From Candidatus Omnitrophota bacterium (GTDB taxonomy: Bacteria > Omnitrophota > Omnitrophia > Omnitrophales > Aquincolibacteriaceae): 64,000 bases of DNA. The stretch lies in NCBI GenBank assembly GCA_016196545.1, contig JACPXM010000048.1:19690-83689 (forward strand), in the 5' to 3' direction. Numbering within the stretch: position 1 is the stretch's first letter; each line of letters opens with the position of its first letter. Below are positions 56,700 to 64,000 of this stretch, one piece after another. Under the pieces are notes generated by a model. The model was given only the letters and a program-made list of their open reading frames with translations. It did no database searches and was not told where the DNA came from. A program made the translations under genes and the position numbers.

Positions 56700-59500
56700 T
56701 CAAGATCGATGTTTCGAGATTTCTTCAATATTCTGTAAATATTTACCAGTAAATGAATTAGCTATATATTGAATACCTTCCCGGGGTCCCTCATAGACTA
56801 AATTTCCGCCTTGTTCGCCACCTTCCGGGCCAAGATCGATTAAATAATCCGCAAGACGAATCACTTCCATATTATGTTCGATTAAAATGAGGGAATGGCC
56901 CCGTTCCAGCAACTCATTTAACGCGTTCATAAGATGCTGAATGTCATGATAATGCAACCCTGTTGTGGGTTCGTCAAAAAGATATAGGATATGTTGCGCG
57001 TTTCGCGAAGACATTTCCGAAGCAAGTTTGAGGCGTTGGGCCTCGCCCCCGGAAAGTGTTGTTGCAGACTGGCCAAGACGAAGGTATCCCAATCCAACCC
57101 GTTTCAAGACCTTCAGTTTTTCCAAAAGCGCATGTTCCCCCTCAAAGAAATGAAGGGCTTCTTCTACCGTCATCGCCAGGACTTCATCGATATTTTTCCC
57201 GGCTTGACGCACTTCCAAAACCTCGGCTTTGAAGCGCTTTCCCTGACAGGCTTCGCAAGGGATAAAAACATCGGCCAGAAAATGCATTTCCACTTTAATA
57301 CGGCCGTCTCCTTTGCAGACAGCGCAACGGCCCCCTTCGACATTAAATGAAAAATGCCGAGGTTCAAAACCATGACGTTTGGCGGAAGGAGTGGAGGCAA
57401 AGATGCGGCGAATGTCATCATAGGCTTTCATATAAGTTGCGGGATTCGAACGCGGAGTTCTTCCGATAGGAGACTGGTCAATCAAAATCATTTCATCAAG
57501 GGCATCAAAACCCTGAATCGATCGAACTTTCCCCAGCTCCTGAACCGGCCGGCCGCGATAACGCTGATAATGATGGTAAAGGATATCGTAGAGAAAGGTA
57601 CTTTTCCCTGAGCCAGAAACACCGGTCATCACCACAAACTGATGAAGTGGAATTTTAACATTGATTTCTTTCAAATTGTGCTGACTCGCTCCTTCAACCT
57701 CAATAAATCGGGTTTTTTTGGCCCTGGTTTCATGGGACGGTCTCTCGACTTTCATGCGTCCGCTTAAATAATCTCCGGTGAGCGTGCCGGATACTTGAGC
57801 CAGTTGCGAAACCGGCCCTTGAAAAATTATTTTTCCTCCGGCCTCCCCGCCTCCTGGCCCGAGATCGATCACTTCATCGGCGGCTTCAATCATGGTCCTA
57901 TCGTGTTCCACCACCACAACGGTATTGCCCAAATCCCGAAGCTCATGCAAAAGACGGATCAAAAGGCGGTTGTCGCGCTCGTGAAGCCCGATACTGGGCT
58001 CGTCCAAAACATAAAGAGTGTCCACAAGGGATGAGCCCAGTGAAGTGGCTAGATGAATCCGCTGAACCTCACCGCCTGAAAGCGTTCGTGAAAGTCGGGC
58101 CAGACTTAAATAACCTAATCCCACCTCGTTTAAAAACCGCAGGCGGCGCTTGATTTCAAGATAAATAGGCTCCACTTTTTCCTTTTCTGCCGCTAAGAGC
58201 GGTAGTTCTTCAAAGAAATTTTGAAGCCCTTGAAGGCTCATGGATTGAAGCTTAAAAATATTTTTTTGATGGACCCTGACCCAGAGCGCTTCCTGCTTCA
58301 AACGGGTTTCCCGGCAAACCTCACAGGGAATAAAGGTCCGGTATTTGCTCAAAAAAACCCGTACATGCATTTTATAGGTCTTTTTTTCCAGATAGCGGAA
58401 AAAATCCTGAACGCTGAAATAATCGCCTTCCTTCCAGCGTTCGCCCACTGGCCTATCCCCAAAAAGGATAAGCCCTTTTGCCTTTCGGACAAATCCTTCC
58501 ACGGTTTTTCGAGGGGTATTTCATTTTTTTGACAGAATTTTAAAAGGTGTTTGAATTCCCACTCCGCGCTGGGCTTAGTCCAGGGTTCCACCGCACCCCG
58601 GGAAATCGACTTTGTGACATCGGGAATAACGAGATTCCAGTCCACGGTAATCACCCGGCCAAATCCCTGGCAAACCGCGCAGGCCCCGAGAGGGCTATTA
58701 AAGGAGAAAAGATTGGGCGTGGGTTCCTTAAAAATTTTTCCGCATCGGAAACAATGAATATCATAAAAAAACCGTAACGCATGACCTCCGATGACCGCCT
58801 CCATTTTTCCCTTCCCTAATTTGAAGGCAAGCTCCAGCGACTCCAAGAGTCTTTGTTCGACCTGGGAATGAAGGCTTAAGCGGTCCACCACTACGGCCAA
58901 GTCTTCCTTGAGTAAAGACTCGCGCTTCACGGCTTCCAAGGGCACGATTTTCCCTTTCCTAAAAAATTCCGTGAAACCCTGCCTTGCAAGTTCTGGGAGA
59001 AACTCTTTAAGGTAATTCTTTGTCTTTCCCGCCAAGGGGATCCGGAAGAACAAAATCGCTTCACGCCCGCCGAAACGTTCCATGAGAAGGGTTTTCACCC
59101 TTTCCGGATCGCTCGCCCGCGCCTCCTCCTGGCAGTCCGGGCAAATGGTTTTTCCGATTCGTGAAAAAAAGACTCGCAGATAATCATTGATTTCGGTTTG
59201 TGTCCCAACCGTGGAACGGGCATTGGTAATTACATTTTTTGCCTCGATCGCAATAGCCGGGGGAATGCCGGAAATTGCCTCGACATCCGGTTTTTCCATG
59301 CGCTCCAAAAACTGTCGCGCATAGGCTGAAAGGGATTCCACATAACGGCGCTGGCCCTCCGCGTAAAGCGTATCAAAAGCAAGGGAGGACTTTCCGGATC
59401 CTGAGACACCTGTAATCACATAGAATTTGCGATGCGGAAGGATTAAATCAAAATTTTTTAAATTATGGGTTTTGACACCGCGAAGGATAATGGCATCCAT
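56700..59500 (-). pseudogene. uvrA: Excinuclease ABC subunit A, full length (~933 aa) but split by a single frameshift at an A4G3 run
   Basis: The N-terminal ORF (58349-59500) has GVSGSGKSSLAFDTLYAEGQRRYVESLSAYARQF. The C-terminal ORF (56700-58502) has both ABC signature/Walker regions and zinc modules. The frames join as ...WKDLSERQK/GLILFGDRP at 58473-58480. Confidence 0.85.
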
Positions 59501-59568
59501 GCAACTATGATGTCATTGGGAAAGAAGCGAAGCAATCTGTTTTTCTGTTCTTCGGAGAGTCGGAGAGA

Positions 59569-59958
59569 TTATAATTCTCTGGAGATAAATTCAGAAACAC
59601 GCATGAGCAATTTATCCGCTCCAGGCGTAATGCGATTTCGGGGAGCCAACTCCACGGTGGTCATACTACGGTCCACCCGCTTGATAATCAAAGTAACAAG
59701 CCGCATGTCCGAATCATCCAACCTGCCATAATTGACATTACGGATATTGATATAGCCTTTTTCCTTGACCGTGTCTTCAAGCTCCCATCCTTCAACATTG
59801 TCCACTGCCTCCACGGTCCTTAAATAAACGAGGTCGTAAGAAAGCGGGTAAACCAAAACCTCGTCATGATAAGGAATAATTTTTTTTCCCCAATGCAAGC
59901 ACCCCGAAAGGAGAACGGCCATTATGAGTATTCCAAAACCTTTAATTATAGGATTCAT
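59569..59958 (-). CDS. Hypothetical lipoprotein (129 aa)
   Basis: Canonical lipobox LLSGC after a hydrophobic signal. No family recognised. Confidence 0.6.
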   Translation of the reverse strand: MNPIIKGFGILIMAVLLSGCLHWGKKIIPYHDEVLVYPLSYDLVYLRTVEAVDNVEGWELEDTVKEKGYINIRNVNYGRLDDSDMRLVTLIIKRVDRSMTTVELAPRNRITPGADKLLMRVSEFISREL

Positions 59959-59979
59959 TGTAAGGAGTCTCCCGCCTTG

Positions 59980-62900
59980 TTAGAATTTACCCGTTAAACG
60001 GACAAAGGGGCCATGGCTGTTGTAATTATTGGCCCTCCGTAAATCATCGTCAAAATCCGTAAAATTATAACCCACCCCCAAACGGACATAATCGTAAAAT
60101 TCCCGGTCAATTTCAACAAGTGGCCCATGCCGGAGGCTGTCGGCAATCTCGCGCTGCCAAAGGGCTCGGTATTCAAGGGCCACATCCCATTTCCGAGTCA
60201 CATGAAAATTAAAGCGGTGAGCCCACAGGAAATTACTCACACCCACTTCATCGGAAACAGCTGTTGAGAAAATGCCGCGCTTATACGCTAGTTTTTCGAC
60301 CACTTGGAGGAATTTATAAAGGTCATAGGCAAAATCAACACTCCAGATATGGGCCGTCTCATCCGTCGGAATAGCCTCGTAAAGGTCGGTAGAAAATTGA
60401 AGGTCATTGGCAATGTCTTTGACAAAGGTATAGCGCGCCAGAGCATTAAAGCGGTCATGCTCCATGGGCCGAAAGGCAAAACCGGTACTGAGCTGGGCGA
60501 AGGAGGCGGGAGTTCCTTCAGGATCCAGAAATCGGGACTTTCCAAAATCAAATTTCCCCAGAAAACTTAAATCCTGATTCACCTGAAACTCCACGGAATC
60601 CCTCGTAACCCATTGCCAGGCCTCGGGGGCATCCTGATCCCTTCGGAATTCCCAGAAGGTGCGCGCCCTGAGTTTTTTGCCCTCGGCATAAGCCAAAGCG
60701 CCGGACCAGGCGTTGAATGTATTTGCACGCAGAAACGATTGACTTGCCTGGTCATCCAAAAGCCGCGTGCGGCTGTTATCCAAATGACGGCGCTCGAATT
60801 TAAGATCATAATCCCACCGATCCGTCATTTTCCCTTCATAACCCAAAATATCCGCGTAGCCGTCCTCGGAAAGATAACTGGAGTATTCACGTTCGGAATA
60901 AACCCGCGACTTTTCAGTCAGTGAAAAGGAATTTCCAACGGTTGTGGAAACGGTTTTATTTCCAATGCCTCGGTCAAAGGTTCTGAGATTCACATAAGAG
61001 CGTGCTCCGTTTTGATGGAATTTTTCAAATCCAAAATACGTAGAATCGCCGTTGTTTCCCAGCATTTGTTCCAGGTAGGCAAACAAATCCTTCACGATTT
61101 CATAGCGGACGCCGCCGCCCCATTGATGATTGGAAATGCCGCCAAAGCTATATTGGGTTTTAAAATAAGGCAGCAATCTTTCATTGAAATGATAACCGAG
61201 CTTTCCCCCTACGGCATGATCATAAGAGATTTCACTGAAAGGACTGGGCAGAAGATTTTCAATGGGAAGCTCGCTGTCTTGATTCAAATACTCGGCTTCG
61301 GCCAGCCATTGGCCGTCATCATAGGTCGCCTGCGCGGTATGAGAGCGCATCCTCTCGAGAGGAGCAAACACCTGTTTTTCCTGAAGCGGCCTAAGTTGAC
61401 TTGCGAGCTCTCTTGTATCGTGGCGATAGCGAAGACTGAAATCGTCGGTGAATTTATATTTGGCGGCCATTCCATATTTGCGAAGACCTTCCTGGCTTAA
61501 GGAATGATGGGTAGAAAATCCCGGTTCTGTAATTCCCCAATAAGCAGAGGTTTCAAGATTTTTAACGGGCTTGGACTCTCCTTTGATCCAATAAGCCGAT
61601 TCACGCAGGCGGCGGCTTCGCTGGAGACCCACATCGCGAAAACTGAGACCTCCGTTATACGAAACTGACTGCAAGGTTTGCTGGCGTTGGGTTTCTGCAT
61701 ATTCGGCACTTATTTTCGTATTGCGGCCGATTTTGACCGTGGCATCTACGCCACGCAAATCATAATCCACGTTTTGTCGCTTTTCTTCGATGGCGGTAGC
61801 GCCGATACGCACATGATCTCCCAAATGCGTGTAGCCGCGAAGGCCGCGATTATCGGTTTCAAAGGCGCTCGGATCCGCTTCAAATTCATAATCCGCAATT
61901 AGGTAGACGGGACTGCCGTCCAGCATGTCGCGGGAAATAATCGTATCGGAGGCCGCCACGGAGGAAAGCGGACGGGAGAGAAGAATTCTTCCTTCGTCGT
62001 AATCAATTTCATAATCCTGGCCCTCTCTGAGGTCATAACTTTCTAAGGCAATATCCTGAATTTTATCGCGGATTTCGACTCTCAACTTTTCACTTCCCTC
62101 AATCAAGCGCCGGTTGCGCAAATAGTAAAGGGAACCTCCGGTGGCGGCAAACTCATTGTGATCGGCCCGGTGATTCGCCTTCGAAGAAAATACTTTAAAA
62201 CCTCTTTTCGGATCCCCGTAGGCCGTGGAGGATAATGTTTCATAGTGAAGTTTTAATCCGGAAAGCGTGCGGTTGTAAGTGGAAAGTTCGGTATCGTTAA
62301 ATTCGGTTTTAAAGCTTCCCCATTTCACAAAAGAACGGTCCATTTCCACAACCAGATAAAAACGGTCCCGGGAATCCTGCGCTTCATAGTCGCGCGAGGA
62401 GGCATCGCCATAAACCGGGTAATAGTCTTCCGGGTCCAAATTTGTAAAAAGCGCCGAGCGGGCATCGGAGGTATCGTAATGGGACTTCACGAGAAATTTC
62501 CCCTTGAGCTTTCCTTTTAAATAATAGGAAAGTCTTCCCTCTTGATAAAATCCGTTGCGGAAGACGTCGCCATTGCCCGCACTTTCAATATCACCGTCTT
62601 GAAAATTCACGCCCAGCTGTTCTTCCCCGAGCGCCACCATAAAAAACGTACTGTCCTTCACGTTCACGGTTTCCCGATAACTGACAACGTCGCCTTCGGG
62701 ACTGGCGGAGGTCACTTGAAATTCTTTTTCCCCGGGTGTGGCATAAAACTCGGTTTGAAAACGGCCGCTTTCGGCGTCCACGCTGACACGGCGCCCATTG
62801 ATAGAAACTTCATGACCGGGACGGGTGATGCCTTGAATGCGCACCGTGGGTTTGGCAATAAGCGGAATGCTCTGTTTGCCGTCTTTAAAAAGATTGAAAT

Positions 62901-64000
62901 CGCCAATGGGCGGTATTTCGATTTGCTGATTTTGTTTGGCCAGGGAATCCGCTTTGGAAACAATGCGGAAAAAGGAGAGGGGGGTCCAGTCTTCACGACC
63001 AGCCTTATCCTCGACACGGAATTGATAGGAATAAAGGCCCGGTTTCACAAAAAGCCCGGATTCGTCATGACCTTCCCATGGGACTTCGGCAGGCGGGGAG
63101 CCCACCCCAAAACCGGTCCAGATTTCGTGGCCTAATTCGTCACGAATTTCAAGCCTCCAAATTTTGACATAATCGGGATAGTTGATCGTAAATTCGAAGG
63201 TCGGCCGAGTTTCAAATACGCCGACACCCGCCTTTAAAAGCGTCGGTTCCATTTTTACCCCTAAATCCGGACGCGAGGTATCAAGGCCCTGGGTTATCAC
63301 GACGTTCAAATCCTTTTGAAAACTTTCCGGAAGTTTCGACGGCGGCAGAAGGACCGCAAAGTCCACTTTATTTAAAATGCCGGGAGTTGTTTTAAAAAGA
63401 TAACTTTCTTCCGTAATAAATTGAGTCCCCTCCGGAAGCGAGTGGCCGTCAATTTTTATGATATGACGTCCGGATTTGATACCCGGCACATGAAATTTTC
63501 CATGCTCATCGGTCACGATGACAATACCTTCTTCGGTGGCGAGGCGAATCCAGGGAACTCCCTTTTCTCCCCGGTCTTGAACGCCATTTTGATTTTCATC
63601 ATGAAAGACCTTTCCGATTAAAGTGCCGTGATCCAATAAAGGGTCTTCTTTAACACGAAGCCTCACATGACCCGACTCGGAGAGATTCCCTCCGTTATTG
63701 ACAAAGACCTCAATTTCATATTCCTTGCCTACGGTGACGGCGGAAGTCACAAGCGTTTGGAACACAATCTCAAAACGCGCGCTGGGACTTAGAGTTCCGA
63801 TCGTTACAATAAGCGACCCTTCCCGGAATCCAGCTTGGCCCCCATTAACACGCACCGTGTCGTTCACAAGATTGAGTCCCTTGGGGATCGTGGCCACCAA
63901 ATCCACATTATTAAAGGCCGTAAGCGAGCTATTAAAGAAACTTGCAGAAACCGTGACAATATCGCCGGCCTTCACCTCAGATTTGGAGGCAGCGACATGA
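59980..64000 (-). CDS. Large outer-membrane protein, partial (5' end beyond the window): DUF11/CARDB-like and SdrD-B/Cna-B-like domains followed by a very large putative beta-barrel region ending ...RLTGKF
   Basis: The frame stays open to position 64000. GKVFHDENQNGVQDRGEKGV...TDEHGKFHV matches the SdrD B-like repeat. The C-terminal ~850 aa is rich in alternating aromatic/polar strands and ends in Phe. Confidence 0.7.
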   Translation of the reverse strand, partial: HVAASKSEVKAGDIVTVSASFFNSSLTAFNNVDLVATIPKGLNLVNDTVRVNGGQAGFREGSLIVTIGTLSPSARFEIVFQTLVTSAVTVGKEYEIEVFVNNGGNLSESGHVRLRVKEDPLLDHGTLIGKVFHDENQNGVQDRGEKGVPWIRLATEEGIVIVTDEHGKFHVPGIKSGRHIIKIDGHSLPEGTQFITEESYLFKTTPGILNKVDFAVLLPPSKLPESFQKDLNVVITQGLDTSRPDLGVKMEPTLLKAGVGVFETRPTFEFTINYPDYVKIWRLEIRDELGHEIWTGFGVGSPPAEVPWEGHDESGLFVKPGLYSYQFRVEDKAGREDWTPLSFFRIVSKADSLAKQNQQIEIPPIGDFNLFKDGKQSIPLIAKPTVRIQGITRPGHEVSINGRRVSVDAESGRFQTEFYATPGEKEFQVTSASPEGDVVSYRETVNVKDSTFFMVALGEEQLGVNFQDGDIESAGNGDVFRNGFYQEGRLSYYLKGKLKGKFLVKSHYDTSDARSALFTNLDPEDYYPVYGDASSRDYEAQDSRDRFYLVVEMDRSFVKWGSFKTEFNDTELSTYNRTLSGLKLHYETLSSTAYGDPKRGFKVFSSKANHRADHNEFAATGGSLYYLRNRRLIEGSEKLRVEIRDKIQDIALESYDLREGQDYEIDYDEGRILLSRPLSSVAASDTIISRDMLDGSPVYLIADYEFEADPSAFETDNRGLRGYTHLGDHVRIGATAIEEKRQNVDYDLRGVDATVKIGRNTKISAEYAETQRQQTLQSVSYNGGLSFRDVGLQRSRRLRESAYWIKGESKPVKNLETSAYWGITEPGFSTHHSLSQEGLRKYGMAAKYKFTDDFSLRYRHDTRELASQLRPLQEKQVFAPLERMRSHTAQATYDDGQWLAEAEYLNQDSELPIENLLPSPFSEISYDHAVGGKLGYHFNERLLPYFKTQYSFGGISNHQWGGGVRYEIVKDLFAYLEQMLGNNGDSTYFGFEKFHQNGARSYVNLRTFDRGIGNKTVSTTVGNSFSLTEKSRVYSEREYSSYLSEDGYADILGYEGKMTDRWDYDLKFERRHLDNSRTRLLDDQASQSFLRANTFNAWSGALAYAEGKKLRARTFWEFRRDQDAPEAWQWVTRDSVEFQVNQDLSFLGKFDFGKSRFLDPEGTPASFAQLSTGFAFRPMEHDRFNALARYTFVKDIANDLQFSTDLYEAIPTDETAHIWSVDFAYDLYKFLQVVEKLAYKRGIFSTAVSDEVGVSNFLWAHRFNFHVTRKWDVALEYRALWQREIADSLRHGPLVEIDREFYDYVRLGVGYNFTDFDDDLRRANNYNSHGPFVRLTGKF

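Overview
64-kb window of a bacterial chromosome. The envelope genes are diderm-type: an outer-membrane barrel ending in Phe and several lipobox lipoproteins. I did not attempt a taxonomic assignment.

Every gene I can support lies on the minus strand. That is about 60 CDS, 7 tRNAs and 2-3 decayed genes. They are packed into long operon-like runs with many ATGA-type stop/start overlaps.

Content is overwhelmingly housekeeping:
- tig-clpP-serC(class V)-serA-purA-uppS-cdsA-dxr-rseP
- Glucan metabolism and transport: glk(ROK), malQ, a GH57 enzyme, mgtE, cstA, hppA
- terC and mscS
- nnrD-pdxJ-cdaR-cdaA-DUF2905-ruvB-pilZ-ruvA-ruvC-yebC-folP-ftsH-tilS
- rpsB-tsf-pyrH-frr
- bcp-aspA-korBA
- hup and gpsA
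- hrcA-grpE-dnaJ
- A second FtsH paralog
- uvrA, split by one frameshift
- A large partial outer-membrane protein running off the 3' end of the window

I found no CRISPR array, transposase, integrase, reverse transcriptase, phage genes or recognisable defence system. I cannot claim a clear novel multi-gene system.

The accessory-looking part is a small decaying arsenic-resistance locus beside tRNA-Arg. It holds an intact, probably leaderless arsR. It also has a duplicated 21-bp promoter/operator box and a strongly SD-preceded 22-codon micro-ORF with 9 cysteines. A half-length MIP/aquaporin ORF and a frameshifted LMW-PTP arsC follow.

Other points worth a second look:
- Long perfect hairpins sit immediately 3' of genes. 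Two near-identical members differ by a compensatory swap, and one lies inside the first codons of nnrD.
- An in-frame palindromic insertion interrupts nnrD.
- Nested palindromes share the core CACACCGGGTGTG.
- Two heptanucleotide tandem repeats abut gene ends.
- A conserved ~95-nt module lies upstream of two tRNAs.
- A PilZ ORF is inserted in the ruv operon.
- An FtsH-paralog module sits upstream of a dnaK-less, CIRCE-less hrcA operon.

All calls come from reading the sequence and the supplied translations. No database search was run.
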